Shown here piece after piece: positions 11,015-20,954 of a DNA stretch of 64,000 nucleotides. The translations under genes were made by a program, and so were the position numbers. The stretch's first letter is position 1, and each line of letters starts with the position of its first letter. Origin of the DNA: a virus; the IMG/VR virus record IMGVR_UViG_3300020421_002402, positions 1 to 64,000 of that record. One strand, given 5' to 3'. The notes under the pieces were generated by a model that saw nothing but the letters and a program-made list of their open reading frames with translations, did no database searches and had not been told where the DNA came from.

Positions 11015-11377
11015 ATGAAAATAGCCGAAGTATTTCTACTGGAGGCATATTTTGATGAACTTGAACTAGCAGTCAAAGATAGGTTTGCACAATTTTTAGG
11101 ATCAGACGTAAACGAAATCCCCACAGAAGAATTTAGAAAGTCTTTAGCACTTGATGGTTTTCTGTTGAGTTTTGAAGAACTAAAATCTGCATTAGAAAAA
11201 ATGGATGTAGTAAATGCTATAGACAAAGACTCTATTACACCAAAAGGTAAAATACCAAACGATATGGCAGAACCTGAGGACGCAGGTCCAGAAGGCGAAG
11301 AAGAAACAGGTACTGATGTGACCGCAATGGCACAAGACCAGGCATTAGATGCCGTAAAAGAACCTGGACTAGTATAA
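11015..11377 (+). CDS. Hypothetical acidic protein
   Basis: MKIAEVFLLE start, GGAG SD. Confidence 0.6.
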   Translation: MKIAEVFLLEAYFDELELAVKDRFAQFLGSDVNEIPTEEFRKSLALDGFLLSFEELKSALEKMDVVNAIDKDSITPKGKIPNDMAEPEDAGPEGEEETGTDVTAMAQDQALDAVKEPGLV

Positions 11378-11396
11378 CCCACAAATAAATACTTGC

Positions 11397-12053
11397 ATGG
11401 AAATAGAATCCTTAATGGAGAATATTGTTAATCGTGCCACAGTATATGAAAGACATGTTCCACACAAAGAGTTTTTTACTGATACTTCAGGTACAGTAGA
11501 ATACACACTTAACAGTCTTTGGCACCGAGATGTTGAATTAGACAGTTTTAATAACGGTTTTAATTTAGCAGTTGGTTGCAGTCATACATTTGGACTAGGC
11601 GTAAATAATCCTTGGCCCTCTTATTTTGAAAACACATACAATGCTGGAGTACCTGGTGCTACTGTATATGATATGATAGATATAGCATTTTCAATATATG
11701 AACAAAAAAGATTTAATAGACTATTGTTCTTTGCACCTCATGGTGAAAGAATGATTATTTTTAAAAATGGCAAACAAGATGCACTTATGCCTTATAGTAA
11801 ACATTTTGAAGAATTTAAAAGTATTGACTTAGATACAAAAATGTACTATAATAGTAGGTCAGTTAATCATTTATTAGCATTTTGCAAATCTGAAAACATT
11901 GACCTGCAAATTTTTAATAATAACAGTATAGGATTTTTAAAAGAGCATAAAGATTTAATCGTAGACAAAGGCGCAGACGGCGTTCATTATGGCGAAGAAA
12001 CTCATAAAAATTTTGCAGGAATATTTGATGTTAAAAGAAAAGATACAATATAA
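11397..12053 (+). CDS. SGNH/GDSL-hydrolase-like protein
   Basis: AVGCSHTFG, NAGVPG and DGVH blocks; ATAAATA 5 nt upstream. Confidence 0.55.
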   Translation: MEIESLMENIVNRATVYERHVPHKEFFTDTSGTVEYTLNSLWHRDVELDSFNNGFNLAVGCSHTFGLGVNNPWPSYFENTYNAGVPGATVYDMIDIAFSIYEQKRFNRLLFFAPHGERMIIFKNGKQDALMPYSKHFEEFKSIDLDTKMYYNSRSVNHLLAFCKSENIDLQIFNNNSIGFLKEHKDLIVDKGADGVHYGEETHKNFAGIFDVKRKDTI

Positions 12054-12696
12054 AAAGTTAGAAAGAGTTACGACTGCGGCAGGCAGAAAGTACGTTGGAG
12101 ATGACGGAATACCAGTTCCAAGTGTAACAACTGTATTGGATAAAACTTCTGATAAAACTGCCTTAATTGCATGGCGTAAAAGAGTTGGTGAACAAGAAGC
12201 AAATCGTGTAAGTAAAGAAAGTGCAGGACTTGGCACAAAAGTTCACAATGCAATAGAAAAATATATACTTGGAGAAGAAGTTACTTTTGGTAATAACATG
12301 GTTAGTGTTATGGCTAAAGATATGAGTGAACTCATGATTAACGAAGGCTTTACAAATATAGATGAAGTATGGGGTACAGAAGTTGGACTAATTGCACCAG
12401 GACTTTATGCAGGTACTACTGATTGTGTTGGAATGCATAATGGTGAAGAAGCAATCATAGATTTTAAAACAAGTAAAAAGATTAAAAAAGAAGAGTGGAT
12501 TGAAGATTATTATTTACAATGTTGTGCTTATGCATTAGCACATAATGAAATGTACAATACCAATATTAAAAAAGGTGTTATACTTATGGTGAGTAGAGAT
12601 GTTAAACTAAAAGAGTTTGTTATAGAAGGAGCAAGATTTGAAATGTATTGCGACCTTTGGACACAACGATTAGAAGAGTACTATGCAAGTCTATGA
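12028..12696 (+). CDS. PD-(D/E)xK exonuclease
   Basis: PSVTTVL, GTKVH, AGTTD, IIDFKTS, YYLQCCAY; ATG 12028 follows AGGA. Confidence 0.8.
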   Translation: MLKEKIQYKKLERVTTAAGRKYVGDDGIPVPSVTTVLDKTSDKTALIAWRKRVGEQEANRVSKESAGLGTKVHNAIEKYILGEEVTFGNNMVSVMAKDMSELMINEGFTNIDEVWGTEVGLIAPGLYAGTTDCVGMHNGEEAIIDFKTSKKIKKEEWIEDYYLQCCAYALAHNEMYNTNIKKGVILMVSRDVKLKEFVIEGARFEMYCDLWTQRLEEYYASL

Positions 12697-13672
12697 ATCT
12701 AAGCAATGGAATCTTAAAAATTATCCTGTTGCAAAAATAGGATTAGAACATTTCGAATTGGTCACTGAAAACATTAGTGGCGGTACAATTATTAAAAACA
12801 AATTTTTAACTGTAGATCCATCTACAAAAGCATTAATGGCTCCTGGTCAACTAGTACAAAAAGGTGGACCACTTACAAGTGATGCTTTAGGTGAAGTAAT
12901 TGAAACAGATAGAGATGATTTAGATGTTGGTGACATTATTGTACACAAAGGCGGGTGGAGAGAATATCATGCATTAGGAAAAGATGAGTGGTGTTTAAAA
13001 GTTCCAGATACTTCTATTGATTTAACATATTATTTGAGTGTGTTAGGTTCAACTGCCAGAACTGCATTTGTAGGTGCTACAGAAGTTTTAAAATTAAAAG
13101 AAGGAATGAATGTAGGCATAAGTGGTGTATCAGGTGCAGTAGGATTATCTATTGCTCAAATGGCAAAACTAGAAGGCTGTAATGTATTAGGATATACTAG
13201 TTCTTTGGAAAAAGCAAATTGGATAAAAGACAACATTGGTATAGAAGTGATAGTTTCTAAAGGCTTATCTCATGCACAATTATCAGAAGAAACATTCAAA
13301 GTTTTTCCAGATGGGTTAGATGCCTATCAAGAGCATGTAGATAATACTCATTTGTTTAATGCTATTATGTGTTTAAAGCCAAACAGTACAATAGCACTAT
13401 GTGGACTTATGAGAACGTATAATGGCCCAATTGCACCAGGTCCAAATTTAACAATGTCTATATGGAAAAACATTAATATACAAGGATTTTTCATTGCAAA
13501 TTATCCTAAAGAACTAACACAAGACAAATTTTTTCAATATATGAGTCAAAAATTACCTCATTTTAAATGGAAACAAAGCACAATAGACGGTATAGAAAAC
13601 ATGGATAGTGCTTTTGTGGACATGTTTCAAAATTTTGACAAAGGTAAAATCATAATAAACTTGCAAAAGTGA
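12683..13672 (+). CDS. NADP-dependent oxidoreductase (zinc-free MDR, CurA/YncB-like)
   Basis: FLTVDP, GGWREY, SGVSGAVG, IALCG, GKIII. Confidence 0.75.
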   Translation: MQVYESKQWNLKNYPVAKIGLEHFELVTENISGGTIIKNKFLTVDPSTKALMAPGQLVQKGGPLTSDALGEVIETDRDDLDVGDIIVHKGGWREYHALGKDEWCLKVPDTSIDLTYYLSVLGSTARTAFVGATEVLKLKEGMNVGISGVSGAVGLSIAQMAKLEGCNVLGYTSSLEKANWIKDNIGIEVIVSKGLSHAQLSEETFKVFPDGLDAYQEHVDNTHLFNAIMCLKPNSTIALCGLMRTYNGPIAPGPNLTMSIWKNINIQGFFIANYPKELTQDKFFQYMSQKLPHFKWKQSTIDGIENMDSAFVDMFQNFDKGKIIINLQK

Positions 13673-13689
13673 TAAATACAATTAACAAA
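13670..13689 (+). promoter_or_regulatory. Late promoter in 20-bp element
   Basis: Identical to 9690-9709. Confidence 0.7.
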
Positions 13690-13705
13690 GATATCGGAGT
13701 TAGTT

Positions 13706-16375
13706 GTGGCAACATCAGATGATGCAAATTTAAAAGTAATAATAAGCAGAATACAACAAAGGAGAGGACTTAAACAAGACTTACCTCAGCCTTTGCGACC
13801 TGGCGAAATCGGTTTTGCTACTGACAGTAGACAAGTTTATATTGGAGCCGATACGGCAGACACAATTAGTAAAACTTACAACAAGTCAGTGTTTTTAGAA
13901 AACACACTTGGTTCACAAGCAAGAACTTTATCTTTAGCAAACAATCAAATTATTAAATTTACAGTACCTCATATTAGATTTCCAAAAGGTTCATCTACAT
14001 TTGACGGTGTTAGTAAAAGTCAATCTTGGACTGCTAATACAAATATTACTTTAAACTCAGGAATAGTTGATGGTAATGGTAATACTATAACAAGAGGTGT
14101 ATTTGATGCTAATGTTTCAGGTAACGATTTTGTTAAACATAACCAAACAGGCGTAGCCTTTGATGCAGATGATGTTACAGTTTTAATTGATGGTGTAAAA
14201 CAGAGTGGTGACAGTAGTGGTACTGGAGCGATTGTAAATACATCTTTTGATTTTAATTTTGTATCAGGATTTAATTCTAATAGTGACCACAGCATATTTT
14301 TTAGAACTCCACCTACAAATTCACAAGACGTAGCAATTACATATTATGGTAATTCACATGTTAACCACACAATATCTAACACAGTTATTGCCAGCGGAGC
14401 CGCAGTTACAGGTTTCCATGCTAACATGTCAATACCAAGTTACAGATATCTTAATTCAGAATACATAGTGGTAAATGAACAAATTGGTACAGGATTCATT
14501 GGACTTGAAACAAAACATATTGATGTTGTTGCAGAAGGACAAGGTGTTGCCAATGTTGCAAACATTTCACTAGGAAAAGTAGTAGCAGTAAAAGACAGTC
14601 AAGATCCAAGTTTATTCTCAGTTGATGCATCTTCAGGAAATGTGTATGCTGGTATATCAGCAAACGCAACAGTGGCATCAGGAGAAATTACAGTTGATAT
14701 GGGTGCTGATTCTTTGGTACTTACAAAGTATGATACTGCAAATATTGATTACTCTGCAGGCTATAATAGTTATGTATGGTTTGAAGGTAAATCACAAGGC
14801 GGAAGTTTTTCTGTAGTAAATACTCCTCATTATTTGCATAGGAAATTATTACCTATAAAAGCAAATAGTACAGGAACAAGTTTTACAATTGATGTACCGG
14901 CAAATACTTTCCAAACTGCAAGAGCAGTTACAACAGGAATTCAATCAAGTGGTACTGTTACAGTAACAGGTAATGTTGATGGATTAAGCACAAATGATTT
15001 TGTAAAATTTATTGGCAGTAACAATACACAATTTAATGATACTGATAGCATTTATCAAGTACAATCAGTTGGAACTGGAAACTTTACAGTAACAGAACCA
15101 AGTGTTACAGTTGCTATTGCAGATAATTTAGATTACATAAACTATGGTACTGACAATACAGGTGCTAATGTACAGATATTCAGTGCTAATCATGGAATGC
15201 CTGGAACAACAAATGTTACATTTGATACAGCAGTAGGTGGTATTAGTGCAAGTACAGATACTGATATATTAGGAACACCTGCACAAAACACATTCTTTAT
15301 TCCAGTTAGTTCGGCTGTAACGGCTAACGTAACAGGTAATGCAAGTCCTGTGTTAAGTAACATTGTATTAGCAGATGGACTTACAGTAACAACAGGTTAC
15401 ATGTTAGATTTATCTGGTAAAACTACATTAAGTGGTGCAATAGGTGAAATTAATAGTAAGCAACAATGGATTAGGATGAGTCTTAAACCAGATGTAAATG
15501 ATGAAGCCTACATTTATAGTAATGACCAATCACAATATAGATTATTTGATGATCCACAAGCAGATACAAATACGTGGAATGCTATGGGTATATTACCAGG
15601 TTATTACACAAGAGCAAGTCATACAGTAAAAGCAAAATTAGAAACATGGTTCAAACGTGTACTAGCAGACGAAAAAGTTAATATCATTAGTAATGCTTTT
15701 ATTAATGATGTATATGGTACTGAAACATTTGACACTTACGGTATTTCTTTAGATACAACAAATGCTGAAATAGATTTTACAAGTAGTGATGAAGCAGGTA
15801 ACTTTGCAGAACTAGTAAATAAACTTTACTTTAAATCTTCTAATCCAGATAAAAGAGGACTTGCTACAATAAAAACAAACATTGAACTTTTAACAACAGC
15901 ATCACAAGAAGCAGGACAAAGTGTAAGTACATTTACACAACCTCAACAATTAACAATAGGTTCTAACAGTAATGTATTGCTTACAGCACTAGGCACAGAC
16001 ACCAGTGTTTACGATACAGTATTTGTAGATTATTCTCTAACAGGACAAACTTTAGACCCTAACGATTCAAATATAACATTGTTCTATAATAGAGTTGGTA
16101 CAATGAGTTACATTGGAAATCAAAATGCAGACAGGTTTGATGCTGGTAACGGTAGCATACAATCTAATGGAGCAGTTACAATACAAGACATTTCATCTGA
16201 AATCACAGACACTTCTAACATAAGTGGTAATGTTACTACTGTATCAGGAAATATACAATTTAATGCAAGTATGGCACCAGGTTCTAATACTGTAAACATA
16301 ACTGCAAATAATACTATACAACCTGCTACAAGTAATGTAGTAATGAAATACATTGTTAGAAGATGGAAATCTTAA
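13706..16375 (+). CDS. Virion structural/fiber-like protein with Mtd_N-like N-terminus
   Basis: ISRIQQRRG..LRPGEIGFATDSRQVYIG; Thr/Ser/Asn/Gly-rich body; GTG start with GGAG. Confidence 0.7.
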   Translation: MATSDDANLKVIISRIQQRRGLKQDLPQPLRPGEIGFATDSRQVYIGADTADTISKTYNKSVFLENTLGSQARTLSLANNQIIKFTVPHIRFPKGSSTFDGVSKSQSWTANTNITLNSGIVDGNGNTITRGVFDANVSGNDFVKHNQTGVAFDADDVTVLIDGVKQSGDSSGTGAIVNTSFDFNFVSGFNSNSDHSIFFRTPPTNSQDVAITYYGNSHVNHTISNTVIASGAAVTGFHANMSIPSYRYLNSEYIVVNEQIGTGFIGLETKHIDVVAEGQGVANVANISLGKVVAVKDSQDPSLFSVDASSGNVYAGISANATVASGEITVDMGADSLVLTKYDTANIDYSAGYNSYVWFEGKSQGGSFSVVNTPHYLHRKLLPIKANSTGTSFTIDVPANTFQTARAVTTGIQSSGTVTVTGNVDGLSTNDFVKFIGSNNTQFNDTDSIYQVQSVGTGNFTVTEPSVTVAIADNLDYINYGTDNTGANVQIFSANHGMPGTTNVTFDTAVGGISASTDTDILGTPAQNTFFIPVSSAVTANVTGNASPVLSNIVLADGLTVTTGYMLDLSGKTTLSGAIGEINSKQQWIRMSLKPDVNDEAYIYSNDQSQYRLFDDPQADTNTWNAMGILPGYYTRASHTVKAKLETWFKRVLADEKVNIISNAFINDVYGTETFDTYGISLDTTNAEIDFTSSDEAGNFAELVNKLYFKSSNPDKRGLATIKTNIELLTTASQEAGQSVSTFTQPQQLTIGSNSNVLLTALGTDTSVYDTVFVDYSLTGQTLDPNDSNITLFYNRVGTMSYIGNQNADRFDAGNGSIQSNGAVTIQDISSEITDTSNISGNVTTVSGNIQFNASMAPGSNTVNITANNTIQPATSNVVMKYIVRRWKS

Positions 16376-16385
16376 GAATAAAAAA

Positions 16386-16811
16386 ATGTTCGAACAACAC
16401 ACAACGGCAGAAAGCCGTATTATCCAGTGGCGAAAACTAAGACAGAATTCTAAAACAGAACAGGACGTTTTAGACCAGTTTGCCAAGATAAAAATCCTAC
16501 CTAGATACCTAGATTATTGGACTCCCAAAACCTGGCCCAATCCTTTCGTTATAGTAGAAGAAGGGTACTTTTGTGCAACAGGAATAGCCATTCTTTTGTA
16601 CCAAACTTTAGGGCATTTAAAATTCCTTAATCCAGCCGAAACTCAGTGGAAAGTGATAAGTAATCATGTTACAGGAAACGACGGTGCAGTTTTTATAACA
16701 AATGGGAGAATGTATAACTTAAATCCAGGGCACTCAGTATCTCTTACTGAAGCAAAAGATTTGCATATTACATTGATAGATTATAAAGATTTATTCCTAC
16801 CTTTAATTTAA
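16386..16811 (+). CDS. Hypothetical protein
   Basis: ATG 16386 avoids overlap with upstream gene. Confidence 0.55.
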   Translation: MFEQHTTAESRIIQWRKLRQNSKTEQDVLDQFAKIKILPRYLDYWTPKTWPNPFVIVEEGYFCATGIAILLYQTLGHLKFLNPAETQWKVISNHVTGNDGAVFITNGRMYNLNPGHSVSLTEAKDLHITLIDYKDLFLPLI

Positions 16812-16840
16812 TTGACAACTTCAATTTTCTGTTGTATAAT
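16812..16840 (+). promoter_or_regulatory. sigma70-type promoter for nrdAB
   Basis: TTGACA-N17-TATAAT. Confidence 0.8.
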
Positions 16841-16882
16841 GTCAGTTAAACTTATAACATAGATACAAATACGGATAAACAC

Positions 16883-19189
16883 ATGCAAGTACAGAAAAGA
16901 GATGGGCGACTAGAAGATATTAACATCGATAAATTACACAAAGTCGTCATGTATGCCTGTGAAGACATAACTGGAGTAAGTGCTTCACAAGTTGAAATAA
17001 ATTCACAAATTCAATTCTACGATAAAATCAGTTCAGAAGATATTCAAGAAACAATTATTAAAAGTGCGGCTGACCTTATCAGTGAAGAAACACCAAACTA
17101 TCAATATGTAGCAGGACGTCTAATCAATTATCATTTGCGTAAAATGGTATACGGAACATTCGAACCACCTTGCTTATGTGATATTGTACAAGACAATATA
17201 GATGCAGGATTTTATGATTCTGAATTTACAGACTTGTTTACTAAAGATGAAATTAACGAATTACAAAGTTTTATAGACCATAGCAGAGATGAATATTTAA
17301 CTTATGCGGCTATGGAACAATTCCGTGGAAAGTACCTAGTACAAAATAGAGCAACAGGTGAAATATTTGAAACACCACAAGTTGCATACATGATGATTGC
17401 CGCAACATTGTTTGCAAAATATCCTGCTGACAAAAGAATGAAATACATTAAAGACTACTATGATGCAATTAGTAAGTTTTTAATTAGTTTGCCTACACCT
17501 GTAATGGCAGGTGTGAGAACACCACAAAGACAATTTAGCAGTTGTGTATTAATTGAAACAGATGATAGTTTAGATAGTATCAATGCAACAAGTAGCAGTA
17601 TAGTAAAATATGTGAGCCAAAAAGCAGGTATTGGAATTGGAGCAGGCAGAATAAGAGCAATTGGTTCTAAGATTAGGAGTGGAGACGCAACTCACACAGG
17701 AGTTATTCCCTTCTATAAATTATTCCAGTCTGCTGTAAAAAGTTGTTCACAAGGTGGTGTTAGAGGCGGAGCGGCTACACTATACTATCCAATTTGGCAC
17801 TTAGAAATTGAAGATATGTTAGTGCTTAAAAATAACAAAGGAACAGAAGACAATAGAGTACGTCATATGGACTATGGTGTACAGTTTAACAAATTAATGT
17901 ATGAAAGATTATTAGCAGGTGAAAACATCACATTATTCTCCCCACATGATGTTCCTGAAGTTTATGATGCTTTCTTTTCTGACCAGGATAAGTTTAAAGA
18001 AGTTTACGAAGCGGCAGAAAGAAAAACCAGCATTAGGAAAAAATCAATACCAGCAGTAGAACTTTTCAGTAACTTTGTTCAAGAAAGAAAAGACACTGGT
18101 AGAATTTATTTAATGAATGTTGACCATGCAAACACACATGGTTCTTTTATTGAGGACGTTGCCCCAATTAAACAAAGTAATTTATGTTGTGAAATTGACT
18201 TACCAACTAAACCTTTAACAAATATAGAAGATCCTAATGGTGAAATAAGTCTATGTACTTTGAGTGCAGTCAATTGGGGTGCCATTAAAAGTTTAGAGCA
18301 AATGGAAAAAGTATGCGACTTGGCTGTTAGAGCATTAGATGAATTATTAGATTATCAAGAATATCCTATTGAAGCGGCAAGACGTAGTACAATGAATAGA
18401 CGCCCATTAGGAATTGGTATTATTAATTTTGCATATTGGATGGCAAAAAATGATAGCACATATCAAGAACCAAACTTAGATATGGTAGACACTTGGACTG
18501 AAGCATGGAGTTATTACTTAATTAAAGCAAGTGCCGATTTGGCAGTAGAGAAAGGTGCATGTCCTAAGTCCAATGAAACTAAATACAGTTTGGGTATTAC
18601 TCCTAATCAAACATACAAAAAAGATGTTGACGAATTAGTGAAACATCAAGAACGTGCAGATTGGGAAAGTTTAAGAAAACAATTAAAAGAAACAGGTATT
18701 AGAAATAGTACACTAATGGCATTGATGCCTGCTGAAACATCAGCACAGATTAGTAACAGTACAAATGGTATTGAACCGCCAAGAAGTTATGTTAGTATTA
18801 AGCAAAGCAAACATGGTGTGTTAAAGCAAGTAGTACCTGGCTTCCCAAGATTAAAAAACAAGTATGATTTACTTTGGGACCAAAAGTCACCAGAGGGTTA
18901 TTTAAAGATTATGGCAATCCTACAAAAGTACATTGACCAAGGTATTTCGGTAAATACGTCATACAATCCAGAACACTTTGAAGATGAGAAAGTGCCTATG
19001 AGTATGTTGTTACAACACCTAGTAATGTTTTATAAATATGGTGGTAAACAATTATACTATAATAACACTCACGATGGACAAGGTGAGATTGATATAAACA
19101 AAGAAGAAACTGCTCAGGTGCAGTTTATAGAATCAAGTAATGTTTCTCCATTACTTGAAGATGATGATTGCGAGAGTTGTAAAATTTAA
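16883..19189 (+). CDS. nrdA: Ribonucleotide reductase class Ia alpha subunit
   Basis: ATP cone, QFSSCVLI, SNLCCEI, C-terminal CESCKI. Confidence 0.97.
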   Translation: MQVQKRDGRLEDINIDKLHKVVMYACEDITGVSASQVEINSQIQFYDKISSEDIQETIIKSAADLISEETPNYQYVAGRLINYHLRKMVYGTFEPPCLCDIVQDNIDAGFYDSEFTDLFTKDEINELQSFIDHSRDEYLTYAAMEQFRGKYLVQNRATGEIFETPQVAYMMIAATLFAKYPADKRMKYIKDYYDAISKFLISLPTPVMAGVRTPQRQFSSCVLIETDDSLDSINATSSSIVKYVSQKAGIGIGAGRIRAIGSKIRSGDATHTGVIPFYKLFQSAVKSCSQGGVRGGAATLYYPIWHLEIEDMLVLKNNKGTEDNRVRHMDYGVQFNKLMYERLLAGENITLFSPHDVPEVYDAFFSDQDKFKEVYEAAERKTSIRKKSIPAVELFSNFVQERKDTGRIYLMNVDHANTHGSFIEDVAPIKQSNLCCEIDLPTKPLTNIEDPNGEISLCTLSAVNWGAIKSLEQMEKVCDLAVRALDELLDYQEYPIEAARRSTMNRRPLGIGIINFAYWMAKNDSTYQEPNLDMVDTWTEAWSYYLIKASADLAVEKGACPKSNETKYSLGITPNQTYKKDVDELVKHQERADWESLRKQLKETGIRNSTLMALMPAETSAQISNSTNGIEPPRSYVSIKQSKHGVLKQVVPGFPRLKNKYDLLWDQKSPEGYLKIMAILQKYIDQGISVNTSYNPEHFEDEKVPMSMLLQHLVMFYKYGGKQLYYNNTHDGQGEIDINKEETAQVQFIESSNVSPLLEDDDCESCKI

Positions 19190-20286
19190 TGTCAGTATTT
19201 AATGCAAAAAATAAAAAACATCACACTAAAGCAAAGATGTTTTTGGATCCTAACGGTGGAGTTAATGTCCAACGATTTGATGTGGTTAAATACAAACAGT
19301 TTGAAAAATTAACTGAAAAACAACTGGGTTTCTTTTGGAGACCAGAAGAAGTTGATATCCTTAAAGATGCAAAAGACTTTAAAGAACTTACAGACTTTGA
19401 ACAACATATTTTTACAAGCAATTTAAAAAGACAAATTATATTAGATAGTGTACAAGGTCGTTCACCAAATTTAGCATTGTTGCCAGTAGTAAGTGTTCCT
19501 GAATTAGAAACATGGATTGAAACTTGGGCATTCTCAGAAACAATTCACAGTAGAAGTTACACGCATATTATTAGAAATGTGTACCCAGATCCTAGTAAAG
19601 TATTTGACAATATGTTAAACATTAAAGAAATTACAGATTGTTCAGATGCTATTACAGAAAACTACGACAAACTAATAGAACAAAATCAAGCAAGAGAACG
19701 TGGCTTACAAAGTTATGATGAATATGAACATAAGAAAGCATTGTATAAATGTATAATGAGTGTGAACATATTAGAAGGTGTACGTTTTTATGTTTCGTTT
19801 GCATGTAGTTGGGCATTTGCTGAACTTAAGAAAATGGAAGGTAATGCTAAAATTATCAAACTTATTGCTAGAGATGAAAATGTACACTTAGCAAGTACAC
19901 AACAAATGCTTAAAATACTTCCTCAAGATGATAAAGACTATGTAAAAATTGCAAAAGAGTTAAAAGAAGAATGTACGCAAATGTTTTTAGATGCAGTTGA
20001 ACAAGAAAAACAATGGGCAGACTATTTGTTCAAAGATGGCAGTATTATAGGACTAAATGCTGACTTACTTAAACAGTACATTGAATTTATTGCAGGCAAA
20101 AGAATGAGAGCAGTTCAATTAGAAACTCCTTTTAACACAGGCACAAATCCTTTACCTTGGACCCAAGCATGGATTACAGGTGGTAGTGTACAAGTTGCTC
20201 CTCAAGAAACTGAAATAAGTAGTTATGTTATTGGCGGTACAAAACAAGACGTTGATAACGATACTTTTAAAGGTTTTTCTCTTTAA
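19189..20286 (+). CDS. nrdB: Ribonucleotide reductase class Ia beta subunit
   Basis: FFWRPEEV, ETIHSRSY, DENVH, APQETEISSY. Confidence 0.97.
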   Translation: MSVFNAKNKKHHTKAKMFLDPNGGVNVQRFDVVKYKQFEKLTEKQLGFFWRPEEVDILKDAKDFKELTDFEQHIFTSNLKRQIILDSVQGRSPNLALLPVVSVPELETWIETWAFSETIHSRSYTHIIRNVYPDPSKVFDNMLNIKEITDCSDAITENYDKLIEQNQARERGLQSYDEYEHKKALYKCIMSVNILEGVRFYVSFACSWAFAELKKMEGNAKIIKLIARDENVHLASTQQMLKILPQDDKDYVKIAKELKEECTQMFLDAVEQEKQWADYLFKDGSIIGLNADLLKQYIEFIAGKRMRAVQLETPFNTGTNPLPWTQAWITGGSVQVAPQETEISSYVIGGTKQDVDNDTFKGFSL

Positions 20287-20302
20287 AAAACTCCCAAACT
20301 AG

Positions 20303-20310
20303 CATAAATA
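20303..20310 (+). promoter_or_regulatory. Late promoter CATAAATA in front of the riboswitch leader
   Basis: Box 6 nt upstream of aptamer 1. Confidence 0.6.
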
Positions 20311-20316
20311 ATTATA

Positions 20317-20375
20317 CGTTCATTCACTCTAAATGTAGCAGTGAACGGAAGTAGTCAATAGTGACGAAGGAACGC
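20317..20375 (+). ncRNA. Glutamine riboswitch aptamer 1 (glnA motif)
   Basis: CGUUCA-[UUCAC/GUGAA]-CGGAAGUA-[GUCA/UGAC]-GAAGGAACGC matches glnA three-way junction/E-loop layout. Confidence 0.85.
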
Positions 20376-20380
20376 ATCTT

Positions 20381-20428
20381 CGTTCATCCTTAACAGGACG
20401 GAAGTAGGTGATAATACCGAAGGAACGC
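20381..20428 (+). ncRNA. Glutamine riboswitch aptamer 2 (glnA motif)
   Basis: CGUUCA-[UCCU/AGGA]-CGGAAGUA-[GGU/ACC]-GAAGGAACGC; core identical to aptamer 1, stems differ but pair. Confidence 0.85.
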
Positions 20429-20449
20429 ATCTCATAATAGGAGATGTAA

Positions 20450-20611
20450 ATGACTAAGTATCAAGAAGCAGTACAAATCAAACGTGCTGTAAAAAAACAA
20501 CTTAAGAAAGAGCAAGGCAAAACAACTGGGTATATTTACAGAGGAGTTCGCTACGATAAAAGTAATAGTGACCTTCCTAATTATATAACAGACAATCCTT
20601 ACTATCCTTAA
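20450..20611 (+). CDS. Unannotated 53-aa DUF4278-like peptide downstream of the riboswitch
   Basis: MTKYQEAVQIKRAVKKQLKKEQGKTTGYIYRGVRYDKSNSDLPNYITDNPYYP; AGGAG SD; YRGVxY motif. Confidence 0.75.
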   Translation: MTKYQEAVQIKRAVKKQLKKEQGKTTGYIYRGVRYDKSNSDLPNYITDNPYYP

Positions 20612-20618
20612 AGTAACT

Positions 20619-20648
20619 GAAAAGGGTCGGTAACGGCCCTTTTCTTTT
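20619..20648 (+). terminator. Intrinsic terminator
   Basis: GAAAAGGGTCG-GTAA-CGGCCCTTTTC-TTTT. Confidence 0.8.
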
Positions 20649-20661
20649 GATAAATAAATGT

Positions 20662-20925
20662 ATGCCAGCATTAACAAGAACATCAGCAAACCAAGCCGGA
20701 GCAGTAATAGTTGGACCAGGTTCAGCAACAGTATTTGCCGAAGGACAGAAAGTATCTCTAATAGGCGACATGGTTGCAGGACATGGTAAATCACCACATG
20801 CCGCTCCTAAAATAGTTGGAACAAGTTCTACAGTATTTGCCACAGGTAAAAGTGTTACCAGAGAAGGCGATGCCGCAAGTTGTGGGCATGCCGCCAACGG
20901 TGCTAGTACCGTATTTGCCGGTTAA
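20662..20925 (+). CDS. PAAR-domain spike tip protein (T4 gp5.4-like)
   Basis: GD..H..PH, GSATVF, GDAASCGH repeats; GATAAATA 5 nt before ATG 20662. Confidence 0.85.
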   Translation: MPALTRTSANQAGAVIVGPGSATVFAEGQKVSLIGDMVAGHGKSPHAAPKIVGTSSTVFATGKSVTREGDAASCGHAANGASTVFAG

Positions 20926-20954
20926 ACCACACCTTCTACAGATAAGTATGTATC

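Noticed and set aside
13706-16375. Diversity-generating retroelement target (Mtd_N-like domain)
   Set aside because: No reverse transcriptase or TR/VR repeat pair seen in the window
16883-20286. Intron or intein in nrdA/nrdB
   Set aside because: Both ORFs are continuous and of normal length
20317-20428. Direct repeats read as a mini-CRISPR
   Set aside because: Only two units; variable parts are self-pairing stems of glnA aptamers; no cas operon
20432-20897. Minus-strand ORFs 20432-20797 and 20577-20897
   Set aside because: Overlap the riboswitch peptide, terminator and PAAR gene, which are much better supported
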